In this document: in pieces, positions 1 to 9,061 of the stretch
How positions within the stretch are numbered: position 1 is the stretch's first letter
Layout: each line of letters starts with the position of its first letter
The notes under the pieces: model-generated
Told to the model about the DNA's origin: nothing
Seen by the model: the letters and a program-made list of their open reading frames with translations, nothing else
Databases searched by the model: none
Made by a program: the position numbers and the translations under genes
From: Calditrichaceae bacterium
GTDB lineage: Bacteria; Calditrichota; Calditrichia; Calditrichales; JBFXGD01
Assembly: GCA_050178385.1 (NCBI GenBank)
Contig: JBFXGD010000050.1
Location: 1 to 21,763 of the forward strand
Reading direction: 5' to 3'
Length of the DNA stretch: 21,763 nt

Positions 1-2
1 AC

Positions 3-674
3 TCCCCGCGTTTTGATGGCTATGATATCGCCGGACAGAGCATTCCCGCGAAAGATGTAGGTGGCGATTACTATGATTTTATCAAAGTAGATGAATCACA
101 ACTGGCAATCTGCCTGGGAGATGTCTCCGGGAAGGGAATCCCGGCAGCGCTTCTGATGTCGAATCTCCAGGCGACTCTGCGTGGACAAACGATGATGCTG
201 GAATCGGGTCCCAGGGAATGTATTGGACGTTCAAATCAGCTTATTTTCAGAAGTACGGATCTGGATAAATTCGCGACGTTATTTTATGGAATTATAGATA
301 ATAAATCGAATAATTTGATTTATACAAACGCCGGTCATGATATTCCGTTTTTGCTAAGGGCAGACCGGGAATGTTCCAGATTGATGACCGGGGGAATTGT
401 AGTCGGATTCGTTGAAAAATATTCATATGACCAGGAACGGGTATCATTTGACCTGGGTGATGTGCTGATTCTCTATTCTGACGGGCTGACTGAAGCGATG
501 AATGAGGACGAGGAAGAGTTTGGTGAACAGAGGTTGTATGAAGTTGTTCAGAAAAACCGCAACCTGTCTGCCGCCGAACTGATTCAGGTCATCATGAAAA
601 ATATATACGAATTCAGCAGTGAAAGTACCCAGATGGATGATATGACGGTTGTTGTCGTAAGGCGAACAGGGTAG
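3..674 (+). CDS. SpoIIE/RsbU-family PP2C Ser/Thr phosphatase, C-terminal catalytic domain (5'-truncated by window edge)
   Basis: The frame is open from base 3 (SPRFDGYDIAGQSIPAKDVGGDYYDF...LGDVSGKGIPAALLM). It carries the SpoIIE motifs VGGDYYD, GDVSGKG, NAGH, LYSDGLTE and DDMT. Confidence 0.95.
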   Translation, partial: SPRFDGYDIAGQSIPAKDVGGDYYDFIKVDESQLAICLGDVSGKGIPAALLMSNLQATLRGQTMMLESGPRECIGRSNQLIFRSTDLDKFATLFYGIIDNKSNNLIYTNAGHDIPFLLRADRECSRLMTGGIVVGFVEKYSYDQERVSFDLGDVLILYSDGLTEAMNEDEEEFGEQRLYEVVQKNRNLSAAELIQVIMKNIYEFSSESTQMDDMTVVVVRRTG

Positions 675-738
675 AAATTTTAGTAAATTAACGGATTTTT
701 AAAAACATGCGGATCGCATAACATGGGGGGAACATAAA

Positions 739-1497
739 ATGTTCATGCGAATTCTTCAGATTAAAATAAATCCTGCTTTTGCGGAACCCTTCCGTAATTT
801 TTTCCAATATACCGTCATACCGGAAATTAAACAGCTTGAAGGCGCTTTGTTCATCGGATTGATTAAAAGCAGTACTCATAAAGATGAATTTATTTCATTT
901 AGTTTCTGGAATTCCAGTGACAACGCGGAACAATGCGAGAAAAAAGGGATATTTGCAAAACTGATGAAAAAATTCAGACCATACCTGGCGGAATCGACTG
1001 AGTGGAAGATCCAATTGTCGGAAAATCTGGAGCTGGAGTACAAACCGGTAACAAAGGAACCGATTCTTAAAGAATATTCGGTGTTGATAAATAAGGATGA
1101 AAACAAACAAATAGAAAATTATTCATCCAGGATGTATGTGAGGATAGTGTCACCGAAAATCCAGAAAGAGAAGCTGGAAGAATTTAAAAAAATCTACTCG
1201 GAAAAGATCATTCCCGCGCTTAGTAAAACTCCGGGGTGTCAGTACGCTTTTCTGATTGGAAATATAAGTGAAGACAATGACGTTTTGTCAGTAACCATCT
1301 GGGATAGCCGGGAAGATGCTGAAAAATATGAGAAAAATGGACAATTTGATGACCTTGTACATCTCGTAGAACATACCTTTTCAAGTTTTTATCAATGGAA
1401 GATGGCGCTTGAAAAGGATTTTAGAGGTGATATAAAGACGAGTGAGGACATTCAGGTTTCCCATTACAGCGTCGTAAGCGGAAAAAAATTCAAATAA
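739..1497 (+). CDS. Tandem antibiotic-biosynthesis-monooxygenase (ABM, dimeric alpha+beta barrel)-like protein
   Basis: There are two internally repeated halves (FISFSFWNSSDNAEQCEKKGIF / VLSVTIWDSREDAEKYEKNGQF; IIP...PGC), typical of ABM domains. A G-rich SD-like GGGGG lies at 725-730. Confidence 0.75.
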   Translation: MFMRILQIKINPAFAEPFRNFFQYTVIPEIKQLEGALFIGLIKSSTHKDEFISFSFWNSSDNAEQCEKKGIFAKLMKKFRPYLAESTEWKIQLSENLELEYKPVTKEPILKEYSVLINKDENKQIENYSSRMYVRIVSPKIQKEKLEEFKKIYSEKIIPALSKTPGCQYAFLIGNISEDNDVLSVTIWDSREDAEKYEKNGQFDDLVHLVEHTFSSFYQWKMALEKDFRGDIKTSEDIQVSHYSVVSGKKFK

Positions 1498-1528
1498 TTT
1501 TAATCTTTCCATACAAGAGTAGAAATCA

Positions 1529-4144
1529 ATGATTGGACAGTTGATAGCGCATTATAAAATAGTAGAGAAACTTGGTGAAGGAGGTATGGGTGTTGTTTAT
1601 AAGGCTGAAGATTCAAAACTCAAACGCCAGGTCGCTATAAAATTCCTTCCGCAAATGGTCGCGTCAATCCCCACCGACCGGGACAGATTCAAAATCGAAG
1701 CCCAGGCCGCCGCCGCGTTTAATCATCCAAATTCGGCCACAATCTATGCCATCGAAGAAGTGGACGAGACCATGTTTATCGTCATGGAATATCTTGAAGG
1801 CCAGGATTTAAAGAAAAAAATTCAATCGGGTACGCTTGATACAAAAGAAGTACTTTCCATCGCTATTCAGATAGCCGAAGGCCTCAGCGCCGCCCATGCC
1901 AAAGGAATCATCCACCGGGATATCAAGAGCGCTAATATTATGCTCGCGCCGGATAATAAAAACAATGTAAAAATTATGGATTTTGGTCTAGCGAAAATCG
2001 GCGGCGGGGCGCAGGTCACTCAAATTGGTTCGACTCTCGGAACAGTCGCCTACATGTCTCCCGAGCAGGCCATGGGGGAAGATGTTGACCTTAGAGCGGA
2101 TATTTGGTCGTTTGGTGTTGTGCTATACGAGATGCTTACCGGAGAACTTCCCTTTAAGGGAGAGTACGAATCAGCCGTCATGTACTCAATCATGCATGAA
2201 GAACCTGAACCGCCATCGGGTATCCGACCCGAAATTCCTGAATTTTTTGATCAAATTATTAAGAGCATGCTGACAAAGAACAGGGATGAACGGTACAGGC
2301 ATACTGAAGATTTGCTGGAAGATTTAAGAAAGCTGGAAAAATTTACAAATGACGGACAGGAAATCGAATTATCTGTCCGAAAGGATGTGACAAAACCCCA
2401 CGAGTTATCCACAAAGAAAGTGTTGGTTCCTTTCCTGCGAAAACGAATTTCCCTGATCGCGCTTGGGCTCCTGTTTATCGCGGTGATATTTATATCCGGG
2501 CGTTATTTGCTGCCCGGGGTTTCAATGCTTAGTTCCGTGCCCGAAGTTCTGCACATCGCCGTTATTCCGTTTACCAATATCGGAAACGATCCGTCAAACA
2601 AGGCCCTGAGTGACGGACTCGCGGAGACACTGACAAGCCAGCTCAATCAGCTTGAACAGTTTCAGGGGGCATTATGGGTTATCCCGGCCAGCGAGATGCG
2701 GGCAAATAATATCAGGACTGTGAGTGAAGCGAGACAAAAGTTCGGGGTCAATCTGGCAATCACCGGGAGTGTGCAAAGAAACAGTGAAGGTCTTCGTGTG
2801 ACCATGAATCTGGTGGAATCAAATTCGTTAAGACAACTTGATTCGAAAATGATTGATGACCCGATGAAGAATTCAAGTATCCTGCAGAATGAAGCGGTCA
2901 TAAAACTGGCGGATATGCTGAATATTGATCTTAAGCCGGATGTCCTGGAGAAATTACACGCCGGAAGGACCTCAAATCCCGGAGCTTATGAATTCTATCT
3001 GCAGGGACGTGGGTATATGCAGAACTATACAAAAGTGGAAAATTTAAATCTGGCAATCGAATTATTTGAACGCGCCATAAATGAGGATCCATCCTATGCC
3101 CTGGCTTTTGCCGGTCTGGGTGAGGCGTATCTGCGTAAATTTGAAGAGACGGAAGATGTTCAATGGATTGAAAAAGCCACAAATTATTGCAGCCGCGCGG
3201 TTGAACTTAACGCTCGGGTTGCCCCCATTTATGCGACCCTGGGAACGATCAATCTAAAAAAAGGGAATTATGAAAAGGCGCATTATGAATTTCAGCGCGC
3301 GCTGCAGATTGATCCCTTTAACGCGGATGCGCACAGGGGAAACGCGAATACTTATATGGCTGAAGGGCGTCTAAAGGAAGCTGAAGCCGTTTATAATAAA
3401 TCGATTGAATTAAAACCGGACTATTGGGGCGGATATAATGATCTCGGGGTTTTTTTATATCGTCACGGACGCTATGAGGACGCCATACAGCAATTTAAAC
3501 AGGTGGTGGACCTGACTCCGCAGAACGCCGGAGGATATAGAAATCTGGGCGCGATGTATTTCTATATCGAACGGCAGGATGAAGCCATAAGGATGTTTAA
3601 GAAGGCGCTGGAGATTCAACCGGATTACAGTATTTATTCCAATCTGGCGACCATGTATTTCTATGACGGAAATTTTAACGATGCCGCTCAGATGTATGAG
3701 AAAGCGCTTGGCATGCAGGATACCGATTTTAAGGTTTGGGGATATCTGGGAACCTCATGTCAGTTATCAACTCCCCCAAATCATGAATTGTCTATCAAAG
3801 CCTTTGCCCGCGCTGAGTCGATCGCCCGTGAACATCTCATAATTAATCCAAAAGACGCGGACATATTATCGCGCATGGCGACTTATTTTATCGAAAGCGG
3901 GCAGGTTGACAGTACTCTCGTATATTTAAACAGGACCATTGAATTGAATCCTAAAGAAATTAATATATGGTTCAGGATCGGCACATCGTATGAGCAGATC
4001 GGGAGAAGGGATTTGGCCATAAGATGGATAGAAAAGGCAGTCGGTAACGGGTATTCCATCGATGAAATCAATCGAAATCCGGTGCTGACCGGTTTAAGAA
4101 AAGACACAAGATACGCGGAGCTTGAGAAAAGATATAAAAATTAG
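1529..4144 (+). CDS. Hanks-type Ser/Thr protein kinase 1: kinase - TM - TolB-N/CsgG-like domain - TPR array
   Basis: Kinase motifs are GEGGMGVVY, VAIK, HRDIKSAN, DFG, GTVAYMSPE and DIWSFG. A hydrophobic segment (LIALGLLFIAVIFISG) is followed by IAVIPFTN and multiple TPR units (A...F.RAL.IDP, Y.NLG). Confidence 0.95.
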   Translation: MIGQLIAHYKIVEKLGEGGMGVVYKAEDSKLKRQVAIKFLPQMVASIPTDRDRFKIEAQAAAAFNHPNSATIYAIEEVDETMFIVMEYLEGQDLKKKIQSGTLDTKEVLSIAIQIAEGLSAAHAKGIIHRDIKSANIMLAPDNKNNVKIMDFGLAKIGGGAQVTQIGSTLGTVAYMSPEQAMGEDVDLRADIWSFGVVLYEMLTGELPFKGEYESAVMYSIMHEEPEPPSGIRPEIPEFFDQIIKSMLTKNRDERYRHTEDLLEDLRKLEKFTNDGQEIELSVRKDVTKPHELSTKKVLVPFLRKRISLIALGLLFIAVIFISGRYLLPGVSMLSSVPEVLHIAVIPFTNIGNDPSNKALSDGLAETLTSQLNQLEQFQGALWVIPASEMRANNIRTVSEARQKFGVNLAITGSVQRNSEGLRVTMNLVESNSLRQLDSKMIDDPMKNSSILQNEAVIKLADMLNIDLKPDVLEKLHAGRTSNPGAYEFYLQGRGYMQNYTKVENLNLAIELFERAINEDPSYALAFAGLGEAYLRKFEETEDVQWIEKATNYCSRAVELNARVAPIYATLGTINLKKGNYEKAHYEFQRALQIDPFNADAHRGNANTYMAEGRLKEAEAVYNKSIELKPDYWGGYNDLGVFLYRHGRYEDAIQQFKQVVDLTPQNAGGYRNLGAMYFYIERQDEAIRMFKKALEIQPDYSIYSNLATMYFYDGNFNDAAQMYEKALGMQDTDFKVWGYLGTSCQLSTPPNHELSIKAFARAESIAREHLIINPKDADILSRMATYFIESGQVDSTLVYLNRTIELNPKEINIWFRIGTSYEQIGRRDLAIRWIEKAVGNGYSIDEINRNPVLTGLRKDTRYAELEKRYKN

Positions 4145-4185
4145 TTGTTTAACCAGAATCATCATCTAATCACTCAGGGGGAAGT

Positions 4186-4485
4186 ATGTCAAAGGATGTC
4201 ACCATTACCAATTGCAATCCAAGTCCAATCACAATCGAAATTCCAAAGGGGAATAATATCCGGTTTAAATCGAATGATACTAATTCGTATACGGTAAACG
4301 CCGGAAGCAGTGACTCAATCCTATCATCGGATTTTCCTTTAACCGTTACGAATGACGGGAAATATCACAAGGCAACAATCAAAGATACGGTGCCGAATGG
4401 GACCTACGGATATACAATTACGCGGTCAAACGGAACCGCCTGCACAGGGGTTAAAAGAGAGACACCGGAAATGATCGTGCGTTAG
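4186..4485 (+). CDS. Small beta-rich protein, cupredoxin-like pattern without copper ligands (partner of kinase 1)
   Basis: SD CAGGGGG precedes the ATG. The sequence has the patterns ITIEIPKGNNIRF and GTYGYTI, ends in TPEMIVR, and contains two Cys. The fold call is by pattern only. Confidence 0.7.
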   Translation: MSKDVTITNCNPSPITIEIPKGNNIRFKSNDTNSYTVNAGSSDSILSSDFPLTVTNDGKYHKATIKDTVPNGTYGYTITRSNGTACTGVKRETPEMIVR

Positions 4486-4626
4486 ATCGCGTTGCCTCAG
4501 AAGTGACAGATTTATCATCAAAGCAGGTATAGGGATGAATGAAATCGAATCCTGAATAATCTCACGAACTGTTGTTCCCCCTCTCATGATTACGGCTGTT
4601 AAAATCTTTCATACGGGGCTAATTCT

Positions 4627-7230
4627 ATGATCAGATCAATCTCACATTATCATATCATCGAACAAATCGGTGAAGGCGGAATGGGAGTGGTTTATCTCGC
4701 CGAAGATACGAAGCTTGAGCGGCAGGTAGCCATTAAATTTTTACCGCGACAGGTGGGAATAGATCCTAAGGAAAAAGAACGATTCAAAACTGAAGCTAAA
4801 GCCGCTGCCTCGCTAAACAATCCAAATATTGCAACAATTCATGCCATTGAGGAAGTGGATGATGAAATATTTATCGTTATGGAGTATATCAACGGGCAGG
4901 AACTGAAAGATATCATTCATGACGGGCGGGAGAAATCAATTGATGACATCAAAACACCTCCCATCTCTCCCGAGGATATGATCAGTTACGCGATTCAGGC
5001 CGCCACCGGATTGAATACAGCGCATGAAAAGGGGATCATTCACCGCGATATAAAGAGCAGTAATATTATGCTCACTCGCGATGGAATTATAAAAATTATG
5101 GATTTCGGGCTGGCGAAGATTCGGGGAAATCCACAGCTTACCATTGTTGGATCCACGCTTGGCACGGCGGCTTATATGTCGCCTGAGCAGGCAAAAGGAG
5201 ACGAGGCGGATCAGCGTTCGGATATCTGGTCGTTTGGTGTGGTTTTGTACGAATTGGCAACCGGAGAAGTGCCGTTTAGCGGTTCCTATGAACAAGCCGT
5301 GATGTATTCCATTGTAAATGATGAACCGGTTCCGGTTTTAGAAATCAATCAGGATGTTCCACCCCGGCTGGCAAGGATAATTTCAAAGTGCCTGGAAAAA
5401 GAACCGGGATCCCGTTATCAGAACATGCGGGAAGTCCTGACCGACCTAAAGAATATTAACTCGGATGAGATCCCTGATACTCTGACCCGCGCTAAAGCGG
5501 CTAAAGGGGTTGGGCGGCCGGTTTCATTTAGCCCGAAAACCATAAAAATTTCGGCGATGGTTATCATTATAATTCTCGCGGGAATGATTCTTACGGGCAG
5601 ATTCGGTAAAATCAGCACCAATATTTTATCTTCCGACGTACCGGAGGCCCAGCATTTGCTCGTCCTGCCTTTGACGAATATCGGTGGAGACCCGGGTCAG
5701 GCGGCTCTTTGCGACGGCCTTGCGGAAATACTCACCAGCAACCTGTCCCAGCTTGAGCAGTTTCATGGATCGCTCTGGGTTGTGCCGTTTAGTGAAGTGC
5801 GTCGAAATGGTATCAGCAGTCCGGGGGAGGCGCGGCGGATTTTTGGGGCGAATATTGCCGTGACGGGTAGTCTGCAGCTACTGAAGGATGTTTTTCGTCT
5901 GACTCTTACACTGATTGATGCTTCAACCTTGAGGCAAATCAGCTCTACCGTCATTGATGTCAATGAATCGGATTTGACTCTATTGCAGGACCGGTCTGTA
6001 GGAAAGCTAATGACAATGCTAAATCTCAGACTCAATCCCGAATCACACAAAGTTCTAAGAGAAGGTGGAACGGGTGATCCGCTGGCATATGAATTTTATC
6101 TGCAGGGCCGCGGTTATCTCCAGCGATATGAAGAGTATGAAAATATAGATGCTGCGATCAGTTTATTCAGTCAGGCTTTGAAGCGTGATTCCCTGTACGC
6201 CCAGGCACATGCGGGTCTTGGGGAGGCCTACTGGAGAAAGTTTTATACGTCAAAGGAAGTTGAGTATGCAGATTTGGCTCTTGTTTCTTGTGAAAAGGCT
6301 TTCGCTCTTAATGCCCGTCTGGCGCCGGTAAATACAGCCTTAGGGATGGTTCATGCCGGTACCGGAAAATACGAAGAAGCGGTGGGTGATTTCAGCCGGG
6401 CATTAGAAATAAATCCGACCGATGCGGATGCTTACCGCGGTTTGGCGAATGCCTATGAATCACAGGAGCTTTTCAATGAAGCGGAGGTTACTTTTAAAAA
6501 AGCCATAGAACTGAAACCGGATTATTGGGCAGGCTACAATGATCTTGGAGTATATTATTACCGCCATGGTCGGTTTGAAGAAGCTATTCAGGAATTTCAG
6601 AATGTTATCAGGCTGACACCAGACAACAGTCGCGGGTACAACAATATTGGTGGTATTTATTATATGCAGGAAAAATGGGAAAAGGCCGAAGAAATGTTTG
6701 AGCAGTCTTTTAGGTTGCATAAGTCATATCTCGTAGCGTCAAACTTAGGAACTCTTTACTATATAGAAGGAAAATTTAAGCAAGCCGCGGAGATGTACAG
6801 GACAGCCCTGGAAATGAATGAGAATGATTTTTTAATCTGGGGGAATCTGGCATCCGCGATTTACTGGATTCCCGAAGAGAGAAAAAACGCGCGTAAATAT
6901 TATCAGAAAGCGATTGAACTGGCTGAGAAACAAAGATCGGTTAATCCAAATGATCCGAATGTCGTCTCGCGTCTGGCGGGATACTACGCAATGACGGGGA
7001 ACAGAAGCAAAGCCGAATTAATGATCGAATCGGCCATCAGACTCGCGCCGAATAGCATTAATGTCATGTATGAGGCCGGAACTGTTTACGAGCAATTGGG
7101 TGACAGGAAAAAAGCCATCGACTGGATTGGTATGGCGCTGGAAAACGGGTATTCGAAATCAGAAATCCTAAATCAACCGGAATTGCGTGAGTTGCTGGCT
7201 GATGACAGTTTTAAGCGTTATTTGAAATGA
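4627..7230 (+). CDS. Hanks-type Ser/Thr protein kinase 2 (paralog of kinase 1): kinase - TM - TolB-N-like - TPR array
   Basis: Kinase motifs are GEGGMGVVY, VAIK, HRDIKSSN, DFG and MSPE, followed by TM ISAMVIIIILAGMIL. It shares distinctive blocks with kinase 1 (DGLAE.LTS.L.QLEQF.G.LWV, AYEFYLQGRGY, IELKPDYW.GYNDLG). Confidence 0.95.
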   Translation: MIRSISHYHIIEQIGEGGMGVVYLAEDTKLERQVAIKFLPRQVGIDPKEKERFKTEAKAAASLNNPNIATIHAIEEVDDEIFIVMEYINGQELKDIIHDGREKSIDDIKTPPISPEDMISYAIQAATGLNTAHEKGIIHRDIKSSNIMLTRDGIIKIMDFGLAKIRGNPQLTIVGSTLGTAAYMSPEQAKGDEADQRSDIWSFGVVLYELATGEVPFSGSYEQAVMYSIVNDEPVPVLEINQDVPPRLARIISKCLEKEPGSRYQNMREVLTDLKNINSDEIPDTLTRAKAAKGVGRPVSFSPKTIKISAMVIIIILAGMILTGRFGKISTNILSSDVPEAQHLLVLPLTNIGGDPGQAALCDGLAEILTSNLSQLEQFHGSLWVVPFSEVRRNGISSPGEARRIFGANIAVTGSLQLLKDVFRLTLTLIDASTLRQISSTVIDVNESDLTLLQDRSVGKLMTMLNLRLNPESHKVLREGGTGDPLAYEFYLQGRGYLQRYEEYENIDAAISLFSQALKRDSLYAQAHAGLGEAYWRKFYTSKEVEYADLALVSCEKAFALNARLAPVNTALGMVHAGTGKYEEAVGDFSRALEINPTDADAYRGLANAYESQELFNEAEVTFKKAIELKPDYWAGYNDLGVYYYRHGRFEEAIQEFQNVIRLTPDNSRGYNNIGGIYYMQEKWEKAEEMFEQSFRLHKSYLVASNLGTLYYIEGKFKQAAEMYRTALEMNENDFLIWGNLASAIYWIPEERKNARKYYQKAIELAEKQRSVNPNDPNVVSRLAGYYAMTGNRSKAELMIESAIRLAPNSINVMYEAGTVYEQLGDRKKAIDWIGMALENGYSKSEILNQPELRELLADDSFKRYLK

Positions 7231-7261
7231 AATAAATGATTTATTTAAATCCGAGGGGGAT

Positions 7262-7687
7262 ATGATGAGACCGATTAGAATTTTCTATAGTATTATCGCT
7301 TTGCTGATCATCGCGGTTCTTTTTGCGGTGCTGCCCGAATCTTCATTTATGCTGCATGCTCAGAAACCGGATAAAGAACATCACCTTTCAATAATAAAAA
7401 TGAAGAAGGGATGGAAAGTCGTTGACGCCGCCGATACGACAAAAAGCACCATTGTTGTAGATAAAGGGGATAAAATCATCTGGACCGCATACGGATCGAA
7501 AGTGTATATGCAGTTTTTAGATCAGAAACTCGTTGGAAAATATACACACGTTATTGACAGCGGTGAAGAATTCCGGGTAACGGTGGGGAATCTCGCAAAA
7601 AAAGGACCAAATCCGTACGCTGTTTTTTGTCTGGCGGATCTGGAGTTCGCGACAGGAGATTCACCGCCTAAAATTGTTGTTAATTAA
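7262..7687 (+). CDS. Small secreted/membrane-anchored beta-rich protein, cupredoxin-like pattern (partner of kinase 2)
   Basis: SD GAGGGGG precedes the start. The N-terminus is signal-peptide-like (MMRPIRIFYSIIALLIIAVLFAVL). Other patterns are TIVVDKGDKIIW, GPNPYAVFC and C-terminal SPPKIVVN. Confidence 0.75.
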   Translation: MMRPIRIFYSIIALLIIAVLFAVLPESSFMLHAQKPDKEHHLSIIKMKKGWKVVDAADTTKSTIVVDKGDKIIWTAYGSKVYMQFLDQKLVGKYTHVIDSGEEFRVTVGNLAKKGPNPYAVFCLADLEFATGDSPPKIVVN

Positions 7688-7951
7688 TCTTTGAATGAAA
7701 GGGGAAAAATTCAATTGTTTACTTTGGCTGTTTTACTAATTAGATTCACTGCAGACAGGTTGATCAGGAACCGTCATTAATAAATATTTCTGTTGCTGAT
7801 GATATTTTGTTGATACAACCCTTCAGGCCTGATTACGATCTGCTGCCATTATCAACTCCTTCTGTTTGTTCTGTTAAAAAATAAAATTGACTATATGTTT
7901 TGGGTTCCAAAACACAATTCAGGAACATTAAATTTTTGTCGGGGAGGTCTC

Positions 7952-8296
7952 ATGAAAACCAAAGATAAAATTGATGGTGATGTGGGGATTTTGTGGTTAA
8001 AAGGGAAAATTATGGGTTACCCGGAAACCGATGATCTGCACAATGAAGTTAAAAGTTTACTTGGTGGAGGCGCAAAAAAAATCGTTATTGATCTTCAGGG
8101 AGTAAACTGGATGAACAGTATGGGGGTCGGGGCGCTGATGCGCAGCCTGACGACCGTTCGCAATGCCGGCGGAGAATTGTGTTTGTCCAGGCTGACGGAG
8201 AAGGTGCGCAGCATATTTGTCATGACTCAATTGGTGCGTGTTTTTGAAATTTATGAATCGGTTGACAAAGCCGTAGAACACTACAAATCTTCGTGA
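7952..8296 (+). CDS. STAS-domain anti-sigma factor antagonist (RsbV/SpoIIAA-like)
   Basis: Motifs are L.GKI, KKIVIDLQGVNWMNSMGVGAL (conserved phospho-Ser position) and VRSIFVMTQL...FEIY. The start is reassigned to ATG 7952 behind a strong SD (GGAGGT). Confidence 0.92.
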   Translation: MKTKDKIDGDVGILWLKGKIMGYPETDDLHNEVKSLLGGGAKKIVIDLQGVNWMNSMGVGALMRSLTTVRNAGGELCLSRLTEKVRSIFVMTQLVRVFEIYESVDKAVEHYKSS

Positions 8297-8362
8297 TTGC
8301 CGGAAAAGACGCTTATAAATCATCCGGGGAAGCCGGTTTATGTTTTTATGTCAGGGGGTGGA

Positions 8363-8744
8363 ATGGATCAATCCACCGCACAGCAAAAAATAGCAGATGA
8401 GCGGATGTCCGAATGCTTGATTATATATTACGTCCGGCGACTTCAGTGAAACAAAACCAGGAAATTATCTGCATTCATTAGAAAGCGGATTCCGGAGCCT
8501 GATTATTGGAGATATGTTGTGTTATCTCAGGATCCATCTTGAGCTCTCTATTTGCGCAAAGGGGCTTCTTCTGATGAAGGAGAACGGTTTTCCGGTGTTG
8601 TTTGATGATGAAATAAGCGAAAAATTGGAGGAACTGGATTTTTTGGGCAAAAACATTGGCAAAACGGGGAAACTGGCTCTATCTCCAATAATTCACCGGT
8701 CGAACCATGACCATTGGCAGTTAAGTGTACTTGTTGATAATTAA
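8363..8744 (+). pseudogene. Possible frameshifted small gene (28-aa ORF 8363-8449 overlapping an open +1 frame 8421-8744)
   Basis: SD-like AGGGGGTG precedes ATG 8363. The overlapping frame is open from 8421 (across a TTATATATTA tract) to the stop at 8744. No family was recognised. Confidence 0.25.
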
Positions 8745-9061
8745 TAGAATGATTTAAATGGAAGGATAGGAAAGTCGTCCTCACGAGATTATTATTTTTG
8801 TGTTGCAATACGGGATATTATTTGATATCGTTTTGGCAAAGAAAGTCTTCAGAATAAGGCTGTACATCTTAATATTCTTCTTAAAACTGCTGTTAAAATT
8901 TACACATCTTCTGCATATTAGTATTAAAATTACACTCCCGGTTTGGATTCTGCGAGTAATCATTTTTACATTGGAATATTCGGTTTTTAATTGGTTGAAT
9001 TTCCTGTGACGGCAAATCATAACAGACCCAAAAAGTTTTACTAACATAAAAGAACTCACTA

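Noticed and set aside
4186..7687. Blue copper proteins (plastocyanin/azurin) for the two small ORFs
   Set aside because: Neither has the C-x-x-H-x(n)-M ligand loop.
7895..7951. N-terminal extensions given by the ORF track (STAS from 7895; also precursor from 11485 and membrane peptide from 20873)
   Set aside because: Downstream ATGs have clear SD sequences and coincide with domain starts.
8324..8347. Intrinsic terminator after the STAS gene
   Set aside because: It has only a 4-bp CCGG stem with an interrupted T-tract, too weak to call.
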